From an uncultured archaeon (lineage in GTDB: Archaea > Aenigmatarchaeota > Aenigmatarchaeia > CG10238-14 > SCSR01): a stretch of 64,000 bases of DNA. Below, one piece after another: positions 49,510 through 57,830 of the stretch. Each line of letters starts with the position of its first letter. The first letter of the stretch is position 1. The translations under genes and the position numbers were made by a program. A model generated the notes under the pieces. That model was not told the DNA's origin, searched no databases, and was given only the letters and a program-made list of their open reading frames with translations. Location of the stretch: assembly GCA_964400475.1 (NCBI GenBank), contig CAYNTH010000001.1, positions 73,957 through 137,956 of the forward strand, given 5' to 3'.

Positions 49510-51268
49510 AGTTCCTGTAGTAATTCTTTTTCACTTTCGGTCAATTTACTAAAAACATCTCTCAGTATTTTTTTGTCCTTTTTAGTTAGGTGTGATATCA
49601 GAATTTGGTTTTCAAATATGGTCCTTCCCGCAACCGGTTCTCTCATTTTTATCGCTACTCTGTCTCCTTTTTTAGCATAATCTATATTTCTCCCTTCTTT
49701 TTGAATTTCCTTAATTTCTCCTATTATCTCATTTTCCTTATTTTTCAACAATGTGCCCTTTTTAAGATATCCAGATATTATTTCAATACCTACTATACAG
49801 GGTTTACTCGCTCTGAAAATGCATCCTTTAAGTAACTTTAATTTTACAGGTCTGCTAGTCTTTTCGAGTTTCTCCTGAATTTCCCTTTCTTTTCTATTGT
49901 AGGTCCATTCTTTGTAATCTTCCAATATCTTATAAATGATATCGTTCTTGAAAATTTTGATTTTCAAATCTTCAGATAATTCCTTGGCTTCCGTTAGAAC
50001 TGGTACATTAAAAGCGAATATTACTTTCTTAATATCGTCTTTAACGTTTTGTGCTTCTATTACATCTAATTTGTTCACATGACCGACTTCTGCTTTTCTT
50101 ATTGGCATATCAGCATCTTTGAGCATTTTGATCAGTGCTTCTAGTCCACCCAATGTATCCGCTTTTATCAGAACTCCATCAACATCTTTGGAAAATTCGA
50201 CTTCTTCTACGCTCTTCTGCACTTCATTTTTGGCACCCTCAATCTCATCTTCGCTTTTAACGGAAATTAGTGGGGACCCAGGTATCACATTGTCTAATTC
50301 GGGTGCAGCTATTTTGATACCAGATGCCGCCTGGACATGATCAATAGATTCGAATTGCTTTTCAATTCTAAGTTCTTTGAGTGGTTTAGGTCTTAATAGT
50401 GCCTTTATTTTCGTGACTTTGGGCTCTTTGCCACCTATTACTACAAAATCATCCTTTTTTATGATTCCGTCGTATAGAATTACATCTATCGTTGTTCCAA
50501 GACCCTTCAATTCTTTTATTTCCAATACTACACCACGTCCTTTATTAGAAACAGTTAGTTTATTTTTTAGAAACTGCTGCGCAAGACCTGTAAGAACCAT
50601 CAATAATTCAGATACACCTTCACCAGTCATACCTGAACACGGTACTATTGCCACCTTTTTGGCAAAATCGTTTATCCTATCAAATCTATCGGCCTCAAAT
50701 CCATTTTCAGATAATTGTATTATTAATTCGTATATTTTTTTATCCAATTCTTGTTTAACATCTTCTCTTTGTTCCTTTAAACTATCCAATACACATTCGT
50801 CGTCATGCGGGAACCATCCAGTTATTCTGTCAACTTTTGTTGCAGCAACGATGAATGGTGTTTTGAATTCCTTAAGAAAGGTCAGGCTTTCAATGGTTTG
50901 GGGTTGAAACCCTTTGTTTATGTCTATTACAAGTATGCCTATATCTGCTACACTACCTCCTCTTTTTCTTAAAGTTATGAATGCTTCGTGCCCTGGTGTA
51001 TCTATAAACAATAATCCTGGGATAGTTATGTCTATTTTTAATTTGTCAAGTAATTGACCGCACGTTTTTTTTATAGTTTCTATAGGGATAAAGCTAGCTC
51101 CTATATGCTGGGTAATACCTCCAGCCTCTCCATGCTGTACTTGTGTCCTTCTTATACTATCCAAAAGCAGTGTTTTGCCGTGGTCGACATTTTCGGTTGA
51201 TATTGCCTATACAAAAATCAATGTCCGAGCACCGCTACTATTGGCTGTCGTATTTTTTTGTTGGTCAA
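49506..51268 (-). CDS. infB: translation initiation factor aIF5B/IF2; two exons 51268-51223 and 51190-49506 (576 aa after splicing)
   Basis: Exon 1 MTNKKIRQPIVAVLG(H) after AAGGTGAGG SD; exon 2 VDHGKT..., EAGGITQHIGA, DTPGHEAF, TKVD, KADTLG.LEAL. Confidence 0.93.
51191..51222 (-). other. candidate 32-nt BHB-type intron in infB mRNA
   Basis: ATTGATTTTTGTATAGGCAATATCAACCGAAA; TCGG/CCGA helix, ACA and AAA bulges, TTGAT/ATCAA stem; removal restores frame and GHVDHGK. Confidence 0.85.
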
Positions 51269-51373
51269 TGCCCTCACCTTTTAATAATCCTTTGTACTTA
51301 TTGTTATTATAATATTTTCATTATTTTTAATTCAATCATATAAAATATTCATTTAAATACAATAAACTAATTA

Positions 51374-51826
51374 GTGGTGAATGGTGGCAAAATGTTGACA
51401 ATGGGAGAAGTCGAGCCGTTGGGGCTGTGCATAACAACCCAAAAACTCATGGATAGAAGATTTAGATCTAGCTTTGGGGACAACTTAATATTGAGGGATA
51501 GGGACCCTGATTTAGAGCCGAAATTATTGAAGATTAAAAGAGAAATGAACTCTGGGATGAATGAGAAGAAATACATAGATGGCCACAAGATGGTAATTGT
51601 AAATAATATAGACAAAATACTGGGTCTTGTCGACAGATTTACACGAGTGAATTTGGCGACTGTTGAAAAAATCATATTCGATGGTAAGGATTTGATAAAA
51701 AAAGTTATGAAAGCTGAAAATTTTGACGATATAGAGAGATTGGGGCCCGCATTTAAGAGTCAGATAACTCTCCCGATTTATGAGTTATTTATTAAAGAAT
51801 CGAAAGAGAGATTCAATCAGGGGTAG
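51374..51826 (+). CDS. hypothetical protein
   Basis: Approx. 140-150 aa ORF divergent from infB; exact start uncertain. Confidence 0.7.
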   Translation: MVNGGKMLTMGEVEPLGLCITTQKLMDRRFRSSFGDNLILRDRDPDLEPKLLKIKREMNSGMNEKKYIDGHKMVIVNNIDKILGLVDRFTRVNLATVEKIIFDGKDLIKKVMKAENFDDIERLGPAFKSQITLPIYELFIKESKERFNQG

Positions 51827-51829
51827 TGT

Positions 51830-52000
51830 ATGATTATCAACAACGTTGATGATGAAATAGATAAATTGAAAGTGAAGAAAATAGAGTTGACAAATAGGAT
51901 GAATACTATTATAGGATTCGACGATAAGGAACTCTTGAAACAGGAAATAGGCAGGATAGACAATCAGATCAGTATTTTGGAAAAATACAAGAAAAAATAA
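51830..52000 (+). CDS. small coiled-coil hypothetical protein (56 aa, not in ORF track)
   Basis: MIINNVDDEIDKLKVKKIELTNRMNTIIGFDDKELLKQEIGRIDNQISILEKYKKK fills the gap before lysS. Confidence 0.65.
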   Translation: MIINNVDDEIDKLKVKKIELTNRMNTIIGFDDKELLKQEIGRIDNQISILEKYKKK

Positions 52001-52049
52001 ATTTTATCAACTACTCTTAATTTCTATGGATAATTTGAGGTTATAAAAA

Positions 52050-53753
52050 ATGACTGAAGAAAATGAGAAGAGTGATTCGGACCAGATGTTTTGGTCGGAT
52101 AGAATAGCACAATTGGTGACTGAAAGAGATGGATATAATTATATTGATAAGAAGATAGAGAAGCCCGAAGTTTACGGTATAAAAAGTAGTACGTCTATTT
52201 CAGGTGTTCCGCATATAGGAAATGCATCTGATGTAATTAGGAGTGATTCAGTTGTCCGTTCGCTGAGAGACCTTGGTGAGAATGTAAAATTCATTTGGGT
52301 AGCAGAAGACATGGACCCTCTCCGTAAGGTACCCGCGGGGATACCTGATAAGTTCGAAAAATATCTAGGCATGCCCGTGTCTGATTTGCCGTGTCCTGTT
52401 GGGTGCTGCGAGAGTTATGTGAAACATTTCGTTAGATTATTTATTGAGAGTTTGCATGAATATTTTGGAACAGAACCAAAGATGTTGACAACAACTGATG
52501 CTTACAAATCTGGAGAGTTTTATCCCTATGTCAAAAAAGCGATAGAAAAAATAGATGTTATAAAAGAAGTACTTAATAAGCATAGGACAACTCCATTGTC
52601 CAAAATTTGGAGTCCTTGGAAGCCAGTATGTGATAATTGCGGTAAAATCATAACAACCAAAGTAATTGATGTTAATGGAGATATTGTCAAGTATAAATGT
52701 GGAGACTACTCCTTTAAGGAATTTGGTAAGAAGGCATACAATAAGGTTGAAGGGTGTGGACATGTTGGTGAAAGTGACATAAAAGAAGGCAGAGGTAAGT
52801 TATTGTGGAAAATTGAATGGGCAGCTGAATGGCCTTTATGGAATATCCATTTTGAACCAGCCGGTAAAGAGCATTTTATGCCGGGGGCGTCCTTTTGGAA
52901 TGCGGGTGAAATAGCTGAACGTGTATACGATTGGCCAGAACCTTATCCTGGTCGCAATGAGATACAACCTTATGAATATATCATGATTAATGGTGAAAAA
53001 ATGTCGGCATCGAAGGGTAATGTAGTTGCTACATGGGAGTGGCCTGAATTTGCACCTCCTGAAATATTGAGATTGATATTGCTTAAAAGGCCGAATATGC
53101 AAAGGGAATTTTCATATTCAAAGATTCCAGTTTTAGTTGATGAATTCGATAGATTGAGATATGTGTATTATGGGAAGGAAAGTGTTGACAACAATCGAGA
53201 ATTGATGAATCTCAAAAGACTGTACGAGATGTCGCTGACTAAAGAAGATAAAGGATACATATCAAATATACCGTTTGGGTTCGCTTCTATGATAGCCCAA
53301 ATCATACCAGATGCGACGAAATCCAATTTTGATAAAGTACTGTCCTTGGCAGAGAGAACTAATCACATAAAGGATGTAGATGAACTAAGTGATGTTGCCA
53401 GAAAAAATATTGCTCGCAGGATAAAACAAGCGGGTTCTTGGGTTGAGAAATACGGCACATCACGTGACAAGATCACAATTTCCAAGGAGATACCTGATAA
53501 GGTAGATGAGCTTTCGGATGAACAGAGGAGTTCCTTAATTGAATTGGGTGAATATTTGTCTAAAGATAGAACGAATGATGACATCTGGGATAAAATCAGG
53601 AAAATTGCCAAGTCAAATGGGATATCGGCGAAAAAGGTTTTTCAGGCAACATATATTGCATTACTAGGCCAAAGATATGGGCCGAGATTAGTCCCATTCA
53701 TACAAACAATGGACACCGATTTTATTGTGGATAGATTTAAACTGGAAAAATAA
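52050..53753 (+). CDS. lysS: class I lysyl-tRNA synthetase
   Basis: FWSD, SGVPHIGN, DPLRKVP, GKLLWK.EW, GKEH, KMSASKGN, GPRL. Confidence 0.95.
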   Translation: MTEENEKSDSDQMFWSDRIAQLVTERDGYNYIDKKIEKPEVYGIKSSTSISGVPHIGNASDVIRSDSVVRSLRDLGENVKFIWVAEDMDPLRKVPAGIPDKFEKYLGMPVSDLPCPVGCCESYVKHFVRLFIESLHEYFGTEPKMLTTTDAYKSGEFYPYVKKAIEKIDVIKEVLNKHRTTPLSKIWSPWKPVCDNCGKIITTKVIDVNGDIVKYKCGDYSFKEFGKKAYNKVEGCGHVGESDIKEGRGKLLWKIEWAAEWPLWNIHFEPAGKEHFMPGASFWNAGEIAERVYDWPEPYPGRNEIQPYEYIMINGEKMSASKGNVVATWEWPEFAPPEILRLILLKRPNMQREFSYSKIPVLVDEFDRLRYVYYGKESVDNNRELMNLKRLYEMSLTKEDKGYISNIPFGFASMIAQIIPDATKSNFDKVLSLAERTNHIKDVDELSDVARKNIARRIKQAGSWVEKYGTSRDKITISKEIPDKVDELSDEQRSSLIELGEYLSKDRTNDDIWDKIRKIAKSNGISAKKVFQATYIALLGQRYGPRLVPFIQTMDTDFIVDRFKLEK

Positions 53754-53798
53754 TAAAAGATGCAATGATTGAAATATTTCTATTAGAATAGATTATTT

Positions 53799-54893
53799 AT
53801 GAGTTTATTTTCGGATATGAATGAATCTAGAATATTCAAGGATGAGGAAGTTTTGTCCACTGAATATCTGCCTAAGCTTTTGCCACACAGGGAGAATGAA
53901 ATAAAGGAAATTGCCAGAAATTTATCACCATTGTCAAAGGGGAAATCCCCTACGAACACGTTTATTTTCGGTTCCCCTGGTATAGGAAAAACAGCTGTAA
54001 CTAAATATGTTTTTAGTGAATTAGATGATTATAGTGAACAAGTGGAGACAGTCTATATAAATTGTTGGGATTATCGTACACCCACCGCGCTTTTAACACA
54101 AATTATAATCTCTCTCGGTTTTTTTGTGCAACGACGTGGGTGGAGTAGGGACGAAATAATAGACAAGTTAAAGGAAGCGTTGAGTAAAGGCGCCAAGGGA
54201 GTTGCAGTATGTTTGGATGAAGTGGATCAGTTAGAAATGTCTGCTTTGTATGATTTGTTGAGGATAAATCAATATGTCGAGACCCCTGTAGGACTGGTTT
54301 TTATTTCCAATGATTCTTATGTATTTTCAAAAGCAGAGCCTAGAATAAGGAGTAGTCTGGGTGCTGACGAAATAGAGTTTAAGGCATATACCTTGAACGA
54401 GATGAAGGAAATCCTGGACGAACGGGCGGAAAAGGCATTCCAATCATATAATCCGGCAATAGTAACGCTGTGTGCTAATCACGCTGTTAATAATGGTGGG
54501 GATGTTCGTGTTGGATTACAATGTTTATTAAAGGCCGGTCGAAAGGCCGAAGAATCTGGGGCGGAGAAGGTGGTTGTTGAACACGTTAAGGAGGTGCTCG
54601 ATACCGTCAAAAAAATTAAACCAAAAATATTGGAGGACAAAATTAACGAACATGAAAAAATACTTTTGGATATACTTAAGGACGGTGAAAAATTGAGTTC
54701 GGGTGATTTATACGATGAATATAGAAAAAGGGCAAGGAAAAAATTTAAAGATACTGACAATTCACCGGTTACAGATAGATCTTTGAGGGATTTCGTTAGA
54801 CATTTAGAAGATATTAATCTAATCGAAATAAGCGAGAAGAAAGTCGGTAGAAGTAGACTCATTTGGTATAATGAAGACATTGTACGCGATTGA
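53799..54893 (+). CDS. cdc6: Orc1/Cdc6 replication initiator family
   Basis: YLP..LPHRENEI, GSPGIGKT, YINC, LDEVDQL, RIRSSL, GDVR, C-terminal wHTH. Confidence 0.92.
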   Translation: MSLFSDMNESRIFKDEEVLSTEYLPKLLPHRENEIKEIARNLSPLSKGKSPTNTFIFGSPGIGKTAVTKYVFSELDDYSEQVETVYINCWDYRTPTALLTQIIISLGFFVQRRGWSRDEIIDKLKEALSKGAKGVAVCLDEVDQLEMSALYDLLRINQYVETPVGLVFISNDSYVFSKAEPRIRSSLGADEIEFKAYTLNEMKEILDERAEKAFQSYNPAIVTLCANHAVNNGGDVRVGLQCLLKAGRKAEESGAEKVVVEHVKEVLDTVKKIKPKILEDKINEHEKILLDILKDGEKLSSGDLYDEYRKRARKKFKDTDNSPVTDRSLRDFVRHLEDINLIEISEKKVGRSRLIWYNEDIVRD

Positions 54894-55034
54894 TTATCTG
54901 TTACAAAGTTTTTTGATTTTCCTGGTTTTTTTCAATTTCTTCCTACAATCTTTACATAACATCATGAATTTTACTTTGAAAAGTTTTCCCACGTCTTTTA
55001 CGTGTTTCTTACAATTATCACAAAATTTCTGCAT
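54894..55034 (-). CDS. small basic zinc-finger protein (46 aa, not in ORF track)
   Basis: MQKFCDNCKKHVKDVGKLFKVKFMMLCKDCRKKLKKTRKIKKLCNR; two CxxC pairs. Confidence 0.65.
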   Translation of the reverse strand: MQKFCDNCKKHVKDVGKLFKVKFMMLCKDCRKKLKKTRKIKKLCNR

Positions 55035-55077
55035 TAAATAATAATTGTGTTTTCTTTTATTTAGGTTTAAGGTCCTC

Positions 55078-55950
55078 TCATATTAAGAAAGTCTCTTCGT
55101 GTTGGGCCACGAGTCCATTACTATCCTCCTTTAATATCGGATATTCTTTGATTGCACCCGACTGCAACAGCTGGTCGATTGCCATATTTACTTTTAATTC
55201 CGGGACACCAAGTTTAGGAATCCATCTTTTAGCGAATGGGAGCGAATGGAAGTCATTTTTGGCAGCGTCCAGTATTTTTCTGGCTTCCTTCATTCTAACT
55301 GCTTTGTCTTCTTTATAAGCGAATATCAATGTTGGCTGGGAGTCTTTCACCCACCCGACTCCATCAGTTGCGAATACTTCCATTGCCAATGCTTGATCAG
55401 ATTCTAATTCATCTTTTATATTATTCTTACCATTTGGAATAGAGAATCTGGAATGTGGTTTGTATCTGTCTAGACCATGTCCACATAAATTTCTTATTGG
55501 ATTGAATCCATGTTCAGATAACGTATCTTCAACGACTTCTGAAATTTCACATATCTCAGTGCCAGGTTTGATGAGTTTTTTAGCTTTTTCCAGTGCTTCT
55601 TTAGATGCATCTATCAACGGATGTGAATTTTTTCCAATACATACTGTAAATGCCCTATCCCATATATAACCATCGACATGTGTTCCAATATCTATTTTGA
55701 CTAAATCACCCTCATTCAATTTTGTAGAATCTCGTATATCGGGTGTATAATGAGCAGCATTTTCATTTATCGATATGTTGACCGGGAATGCTATCCCCCC
55801 ACCCAATTCTTTAATTTTGTTCTCTATTTTTTCACCTATTTCTACAATACCCACCCCTTCTTTCAGCATTGGTTTGATATATAATACAGTACTGTCCGAT
55901 ATAGATTTGGACTTATTGTACTTTTTTATTATTTCTTTTTCCATATTCAC
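55078..55950 (-). CDS. map: methionine aminopeptidase type II
   Basis: AFPVNIS.N..AAHYTP, KIDIG.HVDGYI.D, NLCGH, E.FAT, AQHE.T. Confidence 0.95.
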   Translation of the reverse strand: MNMEKEIIKKYNKSKSISDSTVLYIKPMLKEGVGIVEIGEKIENKIKELGGGIAFPVNISINENAAHYTPDIRDSTKLNEGDLVKIDIGTHVDGYIWDRAFTVCIGKNSHPLIDASKEALEKAKKLIKPGTEICEISEVVEDTLSEHGFNPIRNLCGHGLDRYKPHSRFSIPNGKNNIKDELESDQALAMEVFATDGVGWVKDSQPTLIFAYKEDKAVRMKEARKILDAAKNDFHSLPFAKRWIPKLGVPELKVNMAIDQLLQSGAIKEYPILKEDSNGLVAQHEETFLI

Positions 55951-55980
55951 ACTTCTAATTATTAGATAAAATTATACTTA

Positions 55981-57159
55981 TTAAGTATCTAAATTTTCTG
56001 CTATGGTTGGGTCGGGTGAATATTTCGTAAATTTATCCCAAACATTGGTAGAGTATTTTCGAATATCATCAACGGATTGCGCCTTTTCTAGCATATAAAT
56101 GTCATTTTCGATATCCGACAAAAATATGGGAAAAATTTCTCTGGCATTTTCAAAATATTTTTTGATTTCTTTGACGAATAGATTTTTCACATTTCTTATT
56201 CTTTGATTATCGTGCTTTTCTAATAGTTCATCGTATCTTTTGTTGGATTTTATTGCTGATTTGAATATTTCATCCCTTTCCTTTTCACTATATCCGAAAA
56301 AGAGACAAAACGCCCTCTCAATTTTGAGAATAGATTTAGTCAAAATTCTAGAATCTTCTTTAAAACTTGGTATTTTGAAAATTATGTTATTCTTATCATC
56401 AAATATTTTCTCTTCAGGTTCTGTTAAAAGAAATGGGTTAATTATCGATCTCGCCATTTCTATATCACCCATTTCATCAGATATGACAGTGCTCAAATTT
56501 CTAATAGGTATGTTTAATTCCTTTGTTAAATTTTGTATTAATTTTTTCTTATTTTCATACAAAATTGGATATATCGTTTGGAATTCGCCATGTTTGAATA
56601 TGTACTGTGATCCAAACCCATTTTCCGTTGGTAATCCCAATCTTCTCGAAATCAGATTTTTAATACTTTCATCAGGAGACCCACTAATGAAGAATATATC
56701 ATATTTCATCCTTTTTAGGGTTGATATACATTCCAACAAATTTGGAGCCAGTGGGATATCTTCAATCGAATCTATACATGCTTTTCTGTGCTCTTCGTAT
56801 TGAATGTCACATTTCTTGAATATTCCATTTATTTCGTTTACGATTTGGTTGAAGTTGTTGGAGTTCATTTTCGCCATTTTTTTAAAAATTATATCTGTGA
56901 AGTTTCCGATATTTTTGTTGTATTTGCATAAATCCTTGATATAGTTTACGAATATTGGCTTACCCGTGTTTACTACACCATCCACGTCGGACCACAATAT
57001 TTTACCATCTGAGTTATTGTCAATATAATAGCCCAGCACATCATATTTTCCATAAAGCTTGATATTATAATCTGACATCGGTATAAAGTCGTATTCCAAT
57101 GTGGTATAAACAATTTTTTTAAATAGTTCTTCTTCCATCCGGTTTATTTCAAATTCCAT
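55981..57159 (-). CDS. HAD-superfamily hydrolase (phosphoserine-phosphatase-like)
   Basis: WSDVDGV motif I, ISGS motif II, K, SDEMGD motif IV; helical C-terminal extension. Confidence 0.7.
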   Translation of the reverse strand: MEFEINRMEEELFKKIVYTTLEYDFIPMSDYNIKLYGKYDVLGYYIDNNSDGKILWSDVDGVVNTGKPIFVNYIKDLCKYNKNIGNFTDIIFKKMAKMNSNNFNQIVNEINGIFKKCDIQYEEHRKACIDSIEDIPLAPNLLECISTLKRMKYDIFFISGSPDESIKNLISRRLGLPTENGFGSQYIFKHGEFQTIYPILYENKKKLIQNLTKELNIPIRNLSTVISDEMGDIEMARSIINPFLLTEPEEKIFDDKNNIIFKIPSFKEDSRILTKSILKIERAFCLFFGYSEKERDEIFKSAIKSNKRYDELLEKHDNQRIRNVKNLFVKEIKKYFENAREIFPIFLSDIENDIYMLEKAQSVDDIRKYSTNVWDKFTKYSPDPTIAENLDT

Positions 57160-57188
57160 TTAACTCAGCAAATGAACTGTTCAAGAAG

Positions 57189-57359
57189 CTACGGTTTCTT
57201 ATCGCCTAACAACACTTTGGAATATATCCCTATGATTGTTAGGATTATGATTAAAATGGATAATATTATCCATAATTTGGGGTTGGCCCAAGTGGGTACT
57301 TCTATTATTGACATATCCCCATTCGCCAATCCAGTGATTAGATCCATAGGTCCATTCAT
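57189..57359 (-). CDS. small single-TM protein (56 aa, not in ORF track)
   Basis: MNGPMDLITGLANGDMSIIEVPTWANPKLWIILSILIIILTIIGIYSKVLLGDKKP. Confidence 0.55.
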   Translation of the reverse strand: MNGPMDLITGLANGDMSIIEVPTWANPKLWIILSILIIILTIIGIYSKVLLGDKKP

Positions 57360-57454
57360 GTAAATTCCCTAATTTTAATCTGTTTTTTACTGAAAAATAG
57401 TTTTCTTTTATAACAATGTTATAAATTTATATCTAGAATTAACAACTCTTATTT

Positions 57455-57829
57455 ATGAAACCCTTTTGCGAAATAGTTGTGTCTGATTTTCTGCCATCAG
57501 TCAGGGCAATAATCGCCAATGATTTGTCTAACAAATACGATTTGACACAAACTCAAATATCGGAGAAGCTTGGTATAACGCAGCCAGCAATATCTCAGTA
57601 TAAGCGTGAATTGAGGGGTCACAAAGTTAGGGCAATATCATCTAACAATGCTGTTAGTAACCTTATATCGGAGTTGTCAAAGGATATAGCTATGGGAGAC
57701 GTTGATTGTAAATTTATACATAAAAAGGTTTGTGAAATATGTAGAACGGCCCGTAAAGAGAAGCTTCTATGTAAAATCCATTCTGATTATAATCCTCTTT
57801 TAGATAATTGTAATTTATGCTCCGAGTGA
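57455..57829 (+). CDS. HTH transcriptional regulator with Cys-rich C-terminus (COG2522-like)
   Basis: MKPFCE....LPSVRA.IA, TQTQISEKLGITQPAISQY...RG, C..C..R...C..H...C..C. Confidence 0.85.
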   Translation: MKPFCEIVVSDFLPSVRAIIANDLSNKYDLTQTQISEKLGITQPAISQYKRELRGHKVRAISSNNAVSNLISELSKDIAMGDVDCKFIHKKVCEICRTARKEKLLCKIHSDYNPLLDNCNLCSE

Positions 57830-57830
57830 A

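Noticed and set aside
49506..51164. ORF-track start of aIF5B at MDSIRR, or reading infB as a pseudogene or simple frameshift
   Set aside because: That start omits the G1 motif. The missing N-terminus with an SD is present upstream, the break is a structured 32-nt insertion rather than a 1-nt indel, and the rest of the gene is intact.
53754..53798. Replication origin adjacent to cdc6
   Set aside because: The intergenic space is only 45 nt with no ORB-like repeats.
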